The notes: generated by a model from the letters alone, not told the origin. Positions 10,001 through 20,214 are shown, counted from the first letter of the stretch. The stretch: 64,000 nucleotides of DNA from Chloroflexota bacterium (GCA_963662335.2 CAXXVD010000001.1:320001-384000), one strand, 5' to 3'. Program-made: numbers and translations.

Positions 10001-10303
10001 CTTGCGGCGCTCGGAAAGCCCAAGCGCAACCCGGCTCCCTTTGTCTGTCACTCTGAGGAGCGCAGCGACGAAGAGTCTCGTGTCGCAGGGCTCTAGATTC
10101 CTCGCTGCGCTCGGAATGACAGACAAGAGCGCTCAACGAAGGGGGTAAGTACGGGCCCTTAAGATTCCAATGAGACAATCTTAAGTCCCCTTTGCGCCGG
10201 ATGGGGTACAATGCTGCTTGAAATTGCTTGAATTGCCGCCCATTGCACACAGAGTCCCGCACGCAAGCAAACGTCACCCGAAAGTTAAGGAAGAGTACCT
10301 CGC

Positions 10304-11902
10304 ATGAGCATCGAAGACGGCCTGCTGGCGCACTGGAAGTTCAACGGCGATTGCCGGGATTTCTCCGGCAACGGCAATCACGGTATAAACCGCGGCGCGG
10401 ATCTGGCGGGCGTGGGCCGGGACGGCGCCCCGTATGGCGCGGCGCGCTTCGACGGCCATGCCGCGTACGTGGAAGCGCCTGCCAGCGACTCCCTCGCGCT
10501 CGGCGGCGGTGACTTCACGCTCTCCGCCTGGGTCGAACTCCCGCCCGATGGCGCCAATCTGCACGGCGACATCATCAGCAAGTACAATCCCGCCACCCGC
10601 ACCGGCCTGAACTTCGGCACCCTAAACTACGCCGGCGTCACCGCGGCCCAGTCCCATCACCGCAATCTGCACTTCGGCATAGACGACGGCGCGCGGGAGC
10701 CGACGTGGGCAGACTGCGGCCGGCCCGGCAACAACCTGCGCGTCTACTCGCTGGCCGTTTACAACGGCGACCTCTACACCGGCACGTTCGAGTGGGGCGC
10801 GGACGAGGCCGGGCACGTGTACCGCTACGCCGGCGGCCAATCGTGGGAGGACTGCGGCAGCCCGGACACGTGCAACACGGTCGCGTCGCTGGCAGTCTTT
10901 CGGGGCGAACTCTACGCCGGTGTCTCCCGCTACAAGGCCGGCGGCTCCGCGCTGGAGGATTCGCCGAACAAGAACCCCGGCGGCGCGATTTACCGCCATT
11001 TGGGGGATAGCGCATGGGAGTACTGCGGGCGCTTGGAAGGGGCCGATTCCATCGCAGGTATGGTCGTGTACAACGGCGACCTCTACGCCATTCCGCTCTA
11101 TAGTCAAGGTGTCTTCCGCTACCTGGGCGGGCAGGAGTGGGAGTACTGCGGCACGCCCGGCCGCCGCATGATGGCGCTCACCGTCTTCAAGGGGCATCTC
11201 TACGGCGCGGGCAACGAGGGCGGCGGCGTCTTTCGCTACGACGGCGGCGCGGACTGGACTCCCTGCGGCTTTCAGGAGGGCGTCACCCAGGTCTACTCCT
11301 TTGCCGCCTTCCGGGGCGAACTCTACGTCGGCACGTGGCCCAACGGCACGGTCTTCCGCTGGGACGGCCACGAAACGTGGGAGAGCGTGGGCCGCCTGGA
11401 CGACGAGAAGGAAGTGATGGCGATGGCGGTCTACAACGGCAAGCTCTACGCGGGCACGCTGCCGCTGGCGAACGTCTACCGCTACGAGGGCGGCTCGACG
11501 TGGACGAACACGGGACAACTGGACACCACGCCGGACGTGAAGTACCGGCGCGTGTGGTCGATGGCGCTCTATCAGGGGAGACTCTTCGGCGGCACGCTGC
11601 CGTCGGGCCGCGTGTATTCACTGGACGCGGGCGCGAACGTGACGTACGATCACGCCTTGGCAGCCGGCTGGCGGCACCTGGCAGCGGTGCGGGAAGCAGA
11701 GCGGCTCACGCTCAACGTCGACGGCGTGCCGGTGGCCGTTTCCGATGACACGGCGCGCATTCCCGCGTCCATCGCCAACAACGAACCCCTGCGCATTGGC
11801 TTCGGCCAGCACGACCACTTCAACGGCAGCCTGGCCGACGTGCGCGTCCACGGCCGCGCTCTGAATGCTGAGGAAATCGATATGCTTAGCAAATCATACT
11901 AA
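10304..11902 (+). CDS. LamG-like jellyroll protein with an inserted beta-propeller
   Basis: LLAHWKF..DFSGNGNHG/FTLSAWV at the N-terminus; W.HLAAV..LNVDG..FNG.LADVR..RAL at the C-terminus; seven L.VYNG.LY.G repeats between. Confidence 0.8.
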   Translation: MSIEDGLLAHWKFNGDCRDFSGNGNHGINRGADLAGVGRDGAPYGAARFDGHAAYVEAPASDSLALGGGDFTLSAWVELPPDGANLHGDIISKYNPATRTGLNFGTLNYAGVTAAQSHHRNLHFGIDDGAREPTWADCGRPGNNLRVYSLAVYNGDLYTGTFEWGADEAGHVYRYAGGQSWEDCGSPDTCNTVASLAVFRGELYAGVSRYKAGGSALEDSPNKNPGGAIYRHLGDSAWEYCGRLEGADSIAGMVVYNGDLYAIPLYSQGVFRYLGGQEWEYCGTPGRRMMALTVFKGHLYGAGNEGGGVFRYDGGADWTPCGFQEGVTQVYSFAAFRGELYVGTWPNGTVFRWDGHETWESVGRLDDEKEVMAMAVYNGKLYAGTLPLANVYRYEGGSTWTNTGQLDTTPDVKYRRVWSMALYQGRLFGGTLPSGRVYSLDAGANVTYDHALAAGWRHLAAVREAERLTLNVDGVPVAVSDDTARIPASIANNEPLRIGFGQHDHFNGSLADVRVHGRALNAEEIDMLSKSY

Positions 11903-11953
11903 CACCTGCTCAGAATTCTCTAAGTCTGCTAGCAGTCAATTCTGGCTGGGATG

Positions 11954-13345
11954 CTACTCTGTTTCCTCTCCCTGTGCTAGATCTCGACTTGCTCTGCGTT
12001 GGCGGTCATCCTCTCTCATCCTCCTGATACCAGTGATGTAATCAACAGTAACCGCGTAAGCAGATGAATCTAGTCCGGGAAAGAGGTTTTCGTTAGTGAT
12101 ATTCAATAGCTTCAAGGATTCCAAAATGCCAGCCTTAGACTCCGCAGAGACGGTAATCCTATAGTGAGCATAGACTGGAATCTCCTCATTGCACATCAAG
12201 ATCTCGGTGCGCTCGAAACGATCGTGGAATGCCGATACCAAGAATGCTCCGGATTGTGCCCGGATTCGCTCAGAAGTTAGCTGTGGTTCTACGACGAATA
12301 CTCGATAGAAGTCCCTCGGGTCAATCTGTTCCTCAATGTGTGGCTTTTCCTGTCGAATCATCTGGTACAGATTGCGCATAGCTTTTTCACGTTCGTTCTC
12401 GTAGCGAAATTTGTTACCAAGCATGTCAAAGGTCTTCCCTAGAATCCCGTCTTGTTCGCGCCGATGCAACTTGGCGAAGTTCGCAATGAGTGTGCTTAGA
12501 TCGCTGTTGAAAGGCCTTACCAGGGCCCTTGGTACTGCAAATACATGTAGACAACCATCTTCTCTGCTCTGCTCTTCCGGTTCGATGTTCTCAGAGGCAT
12601 GGAACAGGGCGACCAATGGGTTCTTCGTAATGTCCAAAAACCGGGTCTGTAGCCCGTGGTGCTGAGCTAACACCCAGTGAGCGAGGGACGACGACAATTC
12701 AACGAATTCTCCAGGTCGCTGAGTCATCAAGTCAGTTAGCATTTCGCTCTCAACCTGGGCGAGCTCGCTTCTCATTACCGAAGGGCGTAACTCCCATCCA
12801 CATTCGCGCTCGCCTCTGAAGTAGAGTGTAGTAGTTGCACTGTAAGAGTTCTTAATTCTCTGAACTCTAGCGAGCACGTCTTCGATGGCTGCAATGGGCT
12901 CAATATCGTCTTGAAATTGCTTTGCGGGAAAAATGACTGGATTATACAGCTTTGCTTTCCAAGGTTCAGCAGCTGTCAGATTGGCACCGGTGAGGTTAGC
13001 GGACTGAAGCTTTGTGCCAGATAGTCTGGCCCACCAAAGATTCGCACCAGTAAGGTCGGCGATCTGCAAATTGGCCTTAGACAGGTCGGCGAAGTGAAGG
13101 TCTGCATTAGTAAGAATAGCAATGCCGAAATTTGAATTTGCAAACTTGCCTCGCGATAAATCCGCCCCTGCGAGAGGCACTTCCCCATATAAGTCAAGCT
13201 TGCCAGCGTACCTAAATACCTCATATAGGTCGGTGTCTTCGAAGTCAGGCTCAAAGTCATGTCCTTCAAGCCGAAACTTCTCCCGTCGTTGGTTCCAGGA
13301 CTCGACTCCTTCAAGGAGCCATGCGATGTGTTCAGGATTAGCCAC
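11954..13345 (-). CDS. Pentapeptide-repeat plus FRG-domain protein
   Basis: ANPEH..L..GV..WN start, A(D/N)L pentapeptides, YFRGE, AQHHGL.TR.LD.T.NPLVAL.A, RI.AQ.G.F, LFPGLD; lower GC than flanks. Confidence 0.85.
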   Translation of the reverse strand: MANPEHIAWLLEGVESWNQRREKFRLEGHDFEPDFEDTDLYEVFRYAGKLDLYGEVPLAGADLSRGKFANSNFGIAILTNADLHFADLSKANLQIADLTGANLWWARLSGTKLQSANLTGANLTAAEPWKAKLYNPVIFPAKQFQDDIEPIAAIEDVLARVQRIKNSYSATTTLYFRGERECGWELRPSVMRSELAQVESEMLTDLMTQRPGEFVELSSSLAHWVLAQHHGLQTRFLDITKNPLVALFHASENIEPEEQSREDGCLHVFAVPRALVRPFNSDLSTLIANFAKLHRREQDGILGKTFDMLGNKFRYENEREKAMRNLYQMIRQEKPHIEEQIDPRDFYRVFVVEPQLTSERIRAQSGAFLVSAFHDRFERTEILMCNEEIPVYAHYRITVSAESKAGILESLKLLNITNENLFPGLDSSAYAVTVDYITGIRRMREDDRQRRASRDLAQGEETE

Positions 13346-13571
13346 TGTCCACCCTCGCTCAAGTAAAGAGACAAGCCTAAGCAATCTACCCAGTCTTTCG
13401 GATGTCAGAAAAGCACATTGGGCACTATTTCCCGGAGCAATCCGACTGCGTCAGCCACTACATTCTGCTGGCTCCCTTTAGGTCCCTGCCTGCGCTTCTT
13501 CAACTCGTTAAAGACCTGCTTCGATCCGAGTGTCGTCTGTTCTTCGATTCCGAGACCCGGGACGGGTCACG

Positions 13572-14288
13572 TCAGATGAAAAGCGTCTCCCCCGGCCGCA
13601 TCTCGCAGATCTCCAAGCCGTCGATGTCTCCCGCCGCCGCGCGCAGCGCCGCCGGCGTGCCCGTGAGCAGGGGAAACGTCCCGTAGTGGCAGGGAATCAC
13701 CTGCTTTACTCCCAACATGCGGCAGGCTTCCGCCGCGTCGTCCGGCCCCATGGTGTAGTGGTCGCCTATGGGCACGATTGCAATGTCCGGGCGATAGCGG
13801 CGGCCGATCAATGCCATGTCGCCAAAGAGCGCCGTATCCCCGGCCGCGTAGAGCCGCAGGCCGCTGGAAAACGTGATGACGTAGCCGACGCTCTCGCCGG
13901 CCGGTATCAGGGTGTCGCCGTCCATGATGGTGCTCGTGTGCTCGGCGTGCACCATCATCACGGCTAGGCCGGCCGCGCGCACCGTGCCGCCTTTGTTCAT
14001 GCCCACGATGTTGCCAACACCTTGCTTTTCCAGCCAGTTGGCAATGTCGGCTGTTGTGATCACGGCCGCCGGCTGGGTACGCAGCGCGATTGGCACCGCG
14101 TCGCCCAGGTGGTCGCCGTGGCCGTGGGTTATGAGTATCACGTCTACGGTCTGCGGCTCCCGTAACTCATCCGGACAGGCGGGATTTCCGCTGAGGAATG
14201 GGTCGATCAGCACGACCTTTCCCTCCGTCGTCGTGATGCTGAACGCGGCGTGACCCAACCAGGTGATTGCAATGTCGTTTGCTGCCAT
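13572..14288 (-). CDS. Metallo-beta-lactamase-fold metal-dependent hydrolase (UPF0173-like)
   Basis: WLGHA, THGHGDH, AGDT, PIGD.YTM, IPCHYGTF. Confidence 0.9.
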   Translation of the reverse strand: MAANDIAITWLGHAAFSITTTEGKVVLIDPFLSGNPACPDELREPQTVDVILITHGHGDHLGDAVPIALRTQPAAVITTADIANWLEKQGVGNIVGMNKGGTVRAAGLAVMMVHAEHTSTIMDGDTLIPAGESVGYVITFSSGLRLYAAGDTALFGDMALIGRRYRPDIAIVPIGDHYTMGPDDAAEACRMLGVKQVIPCHYGTFPLLTGTPAALRAAAGDIDGLEICEMRPGETLFI

Positions 14289-14468
14289 TGGTAGTTCCTT
14301 TCTTCAGACGCGGCGCGCCGGAGTCTTCTTCAATTTGCTCGCGCCGAATCGCTTTCAACCCATTGTAGACTATTGAGGTTGCTCCCAATTCATAGGTGCG
14401 CCATTGCCCCTCATTGGGTACACCGTGTACACTCTGAATAGAACGATGAACGAAAGAGAGCGCAAATC

Positions 14469-14753
14469 ATGCACTTGTTTCTAATCATCTTCGAGGAGGA
14501 AATTGCCTCCAAGGCCAAAGAGAAAGCAAACGCTCTCTTTGCGCCTGAAGACATATTCGAGGTTTCGCAGACTACCCTTCTCCTGCGCGCTCCGACGAGT
14601 GACCCCGGCTTGCTGAACCAGGCATTTGGCCTGTCGGACGATGCGAGCGAACCTAAGGTGGGTGTAATCTTCAAACTGAACGGCTCGTATTCCGGGTACC
14701 ACCACTCGGATCTCTGGGATTGGCTCAAGAAGGTCAGGGAAACAATTAGCTGA
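14469..14753 (+). CDS. Hypothetical small protein
   Basis: 94-aa ORF with globular composition in a low-GC patch. Confidence 0.6.
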   Translation: MHLFLIIFEEEIASKAKEKANALFAPEDIFEVSQTTLLLRAPTSDPGLLNQAFGLSDDASEPKVGVIFKLNGSYSGYHHSDLWDWLKKVRETIS

Positions 14754-14979
14754 GACCAACGGCTCGCTTCGCTCCGAAAGATACCATATTGAACGTCTTG
14801 ATGACGTTCGCGATCGGGTATCCAAGATCGAGGGCAGGCTGGAAGAACTAACCAAGACTCTTGCAACCAAAGAAGACGTGGCCAACGCAAAGCTCGCCAT
14901 GTTCATTGCTTACATTGGCATCGGCATGTCGCTCCTCATAGGAATCGCCAGCATCGTAGTGAGAATCTGGCCTGGATGA
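14746..14979 (+). CDS. Small coiled-coil plus C-terminal TM protein lacking a canonical start
   Basis: Hand translation LAETNGSLRSERYHIERLDDVRDRVSKIEGRLEELTKTLATKEDVANAKLAMFIAYIGIGMSLLIGIASIVVRIWPG*; not in the ORF track. Confidence 0.55.
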   Translation, partial: LAETNGSLRSERYHIERLDDVRDRVSKIEGRLEELTKTLATKEDVANAKLAMFIAYIGIGMSLLIGIASIVVRIWPG

Positions 14980-15030
14980 GCTACGAAGGGACATCCGTCG
15001 GTACGCCGCAGTCGGTAAGTCACCTTCTTG

Positions 15031-15897
15031 CTACCACACGTCCCCAAAGCGCCGGCCGATCCACCGAAAGAGGAACAGTGCAACAAACGTAGCAAGCACG
15101 AGCAGCGTCGCCAGCACGATAGCGGTCTGGAGGTCGGATTCCAAGGCCGTCATGATCGCCAGCGGCATGGTCTGGGTGCGGCCGGTGAAGTTGCCCGCAA
15201 ACATAATGGTCGCGCCAAATTCGCCCAGCGCCCGCGCCCAACTCAGCACCGCGCCGCCCGCCAGCGCCGGCCACGCCAAGGGCACGGTCACGTAGCGCAA
15301 CGTTTGCCAGGTGGACGCGCCGAGGGTCACGGCAATTTCCTCAAGCTCCGGGTCGACGCGGGTGAAGCCAATCTTTGCCGAACGCACGTAGAACGGCGCG
15401 GCCACGAACACCTGCGCCAACACCACCGCCAGCGTCGTAAACGCAATCTCGATGCCCAGCGGCTGGAGCCACTGCCCAACCACCCCCAAGCGGCCAAAGA
15501 CGAGCAGCAGCGCCACGCCCACCACCACCGGCGGCAGCGCCAGCGGCACGTCGATAAGCGTGTCTACCAGCCGCTTGCCGGGGAACGCGCTCCGCGCCAG
15601 CAGGTAGGCCGCAGGCGTGCCGACCAGCACAATGATGAGGAGCGCCGCCGCGCTGGTCAGCGCGCTGAGACGCAGGGCGCTGAGCACAAGCGGCTGCGTG
15701 AGTTGCCGCAGCAGGTCGCCCGTCATGACCGCGCGCATGCACAAGGCGAGCAAGGGCAAGGCTACGAATAGCGCGAGAAGGAGCGTCGGTATCAGGAAGA
15801 GCGAGCGCAGGCCGGTCTCGCGCGCCGTAGGACGGGAGGAGATGGATTCCCGTTTTCGCGGGAGTGACGGCGGAGAGGGCTTCCGGCTCATGGTCAC
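15031..15897 (-). CDS. modB: Molybdate ABC transporter permease
   Basis: PLALPPVVVG, WARALGEFGATIMFAGN..GRTQTMPL; GTGA overlap with modA. Confidence 0.9.
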   Translation of the reverse strand: MTMSRKPSPPSLPRKRESISSRPTARETGLRSLFLIPTLLLALFVALPLLALCMRAVMTGDLLRQLTQPLVLSALRLSALTSAAALLIIVLVGTPAAYLLARSAFPGKRLVDTLIDVPLALPPVVVGVALLLVFGRLGVVGQWLQPLGIEIAFTTLAVVLAQVFVAAPFYVRSAKIGFTRVDPELEEIAVTLGASTWQTLRYVTVPLAWPALAGGAVLSWARALGEFGATIMFAGNFTGRTQTMPLAIMTALESDLQTAIVLATLLVLATFVALFLFRWIGRRFGDVW

Positions 15898-16742
15898 GCC
15901 ACCGCCTGCAGTCCGGCTTGCCGCAGGATGTCCTGCGCCGCCGGTGACTGCACGAAGCGGATGAAGCGCCGCGCCAGCGCCTCTTCCCGCGACGCCGCAA
16001 GGAGCGCAATCGGATACGCCGCCGTGACGTTGTACCGCGCGGGAATCTCCAGCGTCGCGACCGTGACGGTTGCCGTAGCAACGTCGCTCACGTAGACGAA
16101 TCCGGCGTCGGCTTCACCCAGCGCCACCTTTGCGAACACCTGGCGCACGTTGAGTTCCTCCGATCGCACGTTCCCTAGCACGGCTTCCCCAAAGGCGCTG
16201 CCGTATGCCGCCTCCCCGCTCAGTTTGGCGAGCGCCTGGCGCGTGTAGCGGCCCGCGGGCACGTGCTCCTGCGCCACCACAATGCGCACGCCGGGCCGGG
16301 CCAGATCCCGTAAGCCGCGCAGCCCGGCCGGATTTTCTGCGGGCAGCGCCACAATCAGGCTATTCTCCGCAAAGATCACCGGTTCCGCCGCCAGCAGATT
16401 TAACTCCCGCAAGCGGTCCGTGTGTACGGTGTCGGCAGCGGCAAAGACGTCGGCCACGGCGCCGTGCTCGATCTGCGTCCGCAGCGCCTGCGAACCGGCA
16501 AAGTTGAAGACCACCCGCGCGCCGGCGTGGCGCGCCTCGAACTCCGCGCCGATGGCCGTGAACGCCGCCGTGAGCGACGACGCCGCATAGACCACCAGTG
16601 TGGGCGACTGCTGCGCCCCGCACCCGGCAGCCAGGATCGGAAGGCAGAGCAGCAAACAGAGCGCGAGGCACACGTGCCGGTATGAGGCAAATGAGAGCGC
16701 AAAGCCGCGCCGGCTCCCGCGCGCGAATTGTCGGTCTTGCAA
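15894..16742 (-). CDS. modA: Molybdate ABC transporter substrate-binding lipoprotein
   Basis: AASSLT.AF, NFAGS..L..QI..GA.ADVF, VPAGRY, GEADAGFVYVSD; lipobox AAGC; TTG start after aggag (start uncertain). Confidence 0.9.
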   Translation of the reverse strand: MQDRQFARGSRRGFALSFASYRHVCLALCLLLCLPILAAGCGAQQSPTLVVYAASSLTAAFTAIGAEFEARHAGARVVFNFAGSQALRTQIEHGAVADVFAAADTVHTDRLRELNLLAAEPVIFAENSLIVALPAENPAGLRGLRDLARPGVRIVVAQEHVPAGRYTRQALAKLSGEAAYGSAFGEAVLGNVRSEELNVRQVFAKVALGEADAGFVYVSDVATATVTVATLEIPARYNVTAAYPIALLAASREEALARRFIRFVQSPAAQDILRQAGLQAVA

Positions 16743-16872
16743 AGGGCACTCCTGAGGAGACTCTTGCGCACATCCGTCATTCCGGCGAAAGCCGGAATCC
16801 AGTGGCGTTTTGGCAGCTATAGTTTCCATGAGGTCAATCGCTTGAACCGCCATCCCAACCTTTCCCCTCAAA

Positions 16873-17023
16873 GGCTGACAGGGGTAGGCAAATGTCATTC
16901 CGAGCGCAGCGAGGAATCTAAGGATGTTGACTTTAAAGTGCTGTGCTTTAGATTCCTCTCTCCGCTGTGCTCCGCTCGGAATGACACGTGAAATCGTCTA
17001 AAGAATACATATCCCTGTCAGCC
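16873..17023. mobile_element. 151-bp MITE (second copy)
   Basis: ggctgacaggg/ccctgtcagcc ends; flanks cctcaaa/cctcaag; internal REP A pair. Confidence 0.8.
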
Positions 17024-17160
17024 CCTCAAGGGGAAGGGGTTTAGGCAAAGGTCTCCTGAGGGACTGCGCTGCCCGCTGCGCGCCGCTCGTTTGGGCGCTG
17101 CCTAGTAGTATAATGGCGCAAACGGTTCTGGGGTAACGCTACCGCTGAGGAGACGGCTGC

Positions 17161-18177
17161 ATGGCGCTTGTTGTCGACGCGATGGGCGGCGATCACGCCC
17201 CGCAGGCGATCGTCGCCGGCGCGGTGGCGGCGGCGCGCGCCACCAAGGCGGAAATCATTCTGGTCGGCCGCCAGGACGCGCTGGCAGCGGAACTGGAGAA
17301 GCACGACGCGGCGGGGCTGCCCTTCTCCATTCACCACGCGCCGGACGTCATCGAGATGCGCGACCACGCCACCGCCGTGCGCCAGCGGCCCGGCTCATCG
17401 ATCCGCGCGGCCTGCGACCTGGTGAAGGCGGGGCAAGGCAAGGCGCTGGTTAGCGCCGGCCACACCGGCGCGACCATGGCGGCGGCGCTCATGGCCTTTG
17501 GGCGCATCAACGGCATCAGCCGTCCGGCCCTCATCGCCCTGGTTCCCAGCCGGCCCGCGCATCCCACGCTCTTGATCGACATGGGCGCCAACGCCGACTG
17601 CAAGCCGCGGCAACTCCAGCAGTTCGGCCTCATGGGCAGCATCTACTGCGAGCAGGTGTACGGCGTATCCAAGCCCCGGGTGGGACTGCTCTCCATCGGC
17701 GAGGAGCCCAGCAAGGGCAACGAACTCTCCCTGGCGGCCTACGCGCTCCTGGAAGACGCGCCCCTGAACTTCGTCGGCAACGTGGAAGGCCGCCACATCC
17801 TGGACGGCTCGGTGGACGTGGTGGCGTGCGACGGGTTCACCGGCAACGTTGCGCTCAAGTCAATCGAGGGCACCGCCGAGGCGATCAGCGGACTGCTGCG
17901 CTCCGCCCTGCGCTCCAACCCGCTCACGATGTTGGGCGCGCTGCTGGCAAAACCGGCCTTCGACCGCGTCCGCGCGCGCATGAACTACGAGGAGTACGGC
18001 GGCGCGCCCCTGGTGGGCCTCAACAACGCCGTCATCATCGCCCACGGCCGCTCCAACGCCAAAGCCATCGCCAGCACCCTGCGCCTGGCTCACCAGAGCG
18101 TGGAGAAAGACGTTACCGGCAACATCAACCGGCGCGTTGCGGCGCTCCTAAGCAAAAGCGAGACCTCACCCACGTAG
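17161..18177 (+). CDS. plsX: Phosphate acyltransferase
   Basis: DAMGGDHAP, VSAG.TGA, D.GANAD, G.E..KGN, DGFTGNV.LK, AHGRS. Confidence 0.95.
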   Translation: MALVVDAMGGDHAPQAIVAGAVAAARATKAEIILVGRQDALAAELEKHDAAGLPFSIHHAPDVIEMRDHATAVRQRPGSSIRAACDLVKAGQGKALVSAGHTGATMAAALMAFGRINGISRPALIALVPSRPAHPTLLIDMGANADCKPRQLQQFGLMGSIYCEQVYGVSKPRVGLLSIGEEPSKGNELSLAAYALLEDAPLNFVGNVEGRHILDGSVDVVACDGFTGNVALKSIEGTAEAISGLLRSALRSNPLTMLGALLAKPAFDRVRARMNYEEYGGAPLVGLNNAVIIAHGRSNAKAIASTLRLAHQSVEKDVTGNINRRVAALLSKSETSPT

Positions 18178-18208
18178 GCCGACGCGACTCCGCGCTCTCT
18201 CCCGGTCT

Positions 18209-18241
18209 CCGTTCACGCTTCGACACGCTCAGCGCGAACGG
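18209..18241. repeat. REP family F (ccgttcacgcttcgaca.gctcagcgcgaacgg)
   Basis: Recurs at 25754-25786, reversed at 39046-39078, variant near 56540. Confidence 0.8.
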
Positions 18242-18269
18242 AGACGGTTGAGTACTTTCCCACGCCGCC

Positions 18270-20042
18270 TTACACCCACGGAAAGCTGAGCGTCGGCTGG
18301 TTGGCGTAGCGCTGCATGGTCAGCGTAAGGCGCTCGCCGGCGCCGGGCGCAAGGCGCACGACCAGGTGCGGGCCGTTGACTTCCGTGGTGATGCCCCCGG
18401 CGGTGGCGCTGATGAACTGGTGCTCGGCGTACGCGCCGCCCTGCACGATGAGCGTGCGCTCTTCCACCGGATTCAGGTTTACGAGTTGCACGCCGACCTC
18501 GGCAGCGGTCAGGTGGTCCACGAGCGCCGCTACGTCTTCGGGCAATCCGGCGCGGCGGCGCGCGGGATCGAAGTAGCGCAGGCGGCAATAGAGCGGCCCG
18601 CCCTCGCGCCCCGTGGGGTAGCCGCCGAGCGTCAACCGGATGAGCGCGTCGGTAGTGGCGGGATTGATGTGGTTCATGTCGTCGGAGAGCCGCGTGTCCG
18701 GCGTGGTGGTATCCTGCCGCATCTTCTCGATGCGTTCCCGCACCACGGCATAGTCACGCTCCAGCGCCGCCACCGGATAGCCGGGGTTCCGGCCGGCCAG
18801 GAAGTCGTACCACGAGTCGTGGGGAGCGCGCGCCAGGTCCTGCGGGTCCATCGACAAATAGTACATCTCGTGCGCGCCGGCCGCGAACGGCTCCGGCCGG
18901 TAGTCGTACCAGCCTTCTTCGCCGTAGGTATCGCCGTACATGTGGGGATAGGCGGGCGCGCCGTCGCTCTCCTTGGCGTTGGCGTTCACGGCGTCGAGCA
19001 TCTCGCGCCAGACTGCGAGATAGCGCTGGTCGCCGCTGAGCAGCAGGGCGTTGCCAAAGCCGTAGACTGCGCGCTGCTGCCATGCCGGCCGGTGCGCCAG
19101 CTTGCCGGTGTTGTGGTCGATGACGGAGAAACCCCAGCCGTAGACGCCGCCGTACCACTTGCCGTCGCACGCGCCGCCAAGCGTGCCGTCCAGCCCGACA
19201 TTGGTGGGGATGATGCCGTTGTTCGCCTTGGCATGGGCCACCCAGCCGTCCACGTAGCGCAGAATCCAATCGCGGTACTTGGCCTCGCCGGTCAGAGCAT
19301 AAGCGGTGAGGGCGACGGTGGTGGTGCTGAGATTCAGGGGATGGTCGCCGGCCACGTCGTTGTAGTCCCGAAAGTGGTCGAGCATCTGGGCAAAGCTGTT
19401 CTCGCCGTGCTTGGCGTCGAACCGTCCCGCCACCTCAATGGGATCGCCGGCCCAGTCGAGCGCGGTCGCCTTGCGCAGCAGCGGCCCCCGGCTGCCGTTG
19501 AACATGCTGCGAATGACGTTGTGCTCCGGGTCGTAGTTCGGCGCTTGGGGGTCTTCGTCCATGTAGAAACCGGCGTAGCGGCGGATGCGCTGCTCGTAGA
19601 CGCGGCTTGCCGGATCGCTGAGCGGCTCCAGGATGAAAGGCGAAATCCACTCGCCGTGGTGCATCCAATCGAACATCACCGAAAATTCTTTGTAGTACAT
19701 GCCCTCGCGCGCCATGGGCACGTACTCGCTCTTCGCCTCGCTATACTGGCGCAGATGGCCCTCCCAGCCGCGCTTGTACATAGCCAAGACGCTGTCCGAC
19801 GCGCCAAGCGCGTGGAGCATGGGCCAGTTGAGCAGGTTTTCGCCGGCGTCGTCGGGCCCGTCGTTGCCGCCCCAGCGCGGAATGCAGAGCAAGTAGCCGC
19901 GCTCGTCGAAATACTTGGCGTAGAACGCCGCGCACGCCGCCTCCTGCGCCCGCAACAACTCGCGCTCCAGCAACGCCCAATGCGGCGGGGCCAACGGTGT
20001 CTTCAGGTATACTAGAGCCGAGCGGCCGTCAACTGCGCTCAT
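18270..20042 (-). CDS. Hypothetical 590-aa protein, possibly a helical-barrel carbohydrate-active enzyme
   Basis: Long ORF with RBS, Trp/Tyr/Asp-rich; function inferred only. Confidence 0.7.
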   Translation of the reverse strand: MSAVDGRSALVYLKTPLAPPHWALLERELLRAQEAACAAFYAKYFDERGYLLCIPRWGGNDGPDDAGENLLNWPMLHALGASDSVLAMYKRGWEGHLRQYSEAKSEYVPMAREGMYYKEFSVMFDWMHHGEWISPFILEPLSDPASRVYEQRIRRYAGFYMDEDPQAPNYDPEHNVIRSMFNGSRGPLLRKATALDWAGDPIEVAGRFDAKHGENSFAQMLDHFRDYNDVAGDHPLNLSTTTVALTAYALTGEAKYRDWILRYVDGWVAHAKANNGIIPTNVGLDGTLGGACDGKWYGGVYGWGFSVIDHNTGKLAHRPAWQQRAVYGFGNALLLSGDQRYLAVWREMLDAVNANAKESDGAPAYPHMYGDTYGEEGWYDYRPEPFAAGAHEMYYLSMDPQDLARAPHDSWYDFLAGRNPGYPVAALERDYAVVRERIEKMRQDTTTPDTRLSDDMNHINPATTDALIRLTLGGYPTGREGGPLYCRLRYFDPARRRAGLPEDVAALVDHLTAAEVGVQLVNLNPVEERTLIVQGGAYAEHQFISATAGGITTEVNGPHLVVRLAPGAGERLTLTMQRYANQPTLSFPWV

Positions 20043-20214
20043 GGTTTCCTCCGTATCTAAGGCCTAAATGCCATAGGACATTTGCAGAATTCTTGGGCTA
20101 CTAGGCAAGAGTGTCGCACTATTCTTCTCATTTGGCAATGATGCGGTCTTGCGCGCTTGTCGCGTTCGTATTGCTGCCGCTAGCAGTGCATAAACCATAG
20201 GGAGTGGAAATCAA

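Noticed and set aside
14469-14753. Cas2-like protein
   Set aside because: Only a vague size and pattern resemblance; no YD motif and no CRISPR context
16743-17160. Moco riboswitch upstream of modA
   Set aside because: The hairpins are explained by REP D and the 151-bp MITE
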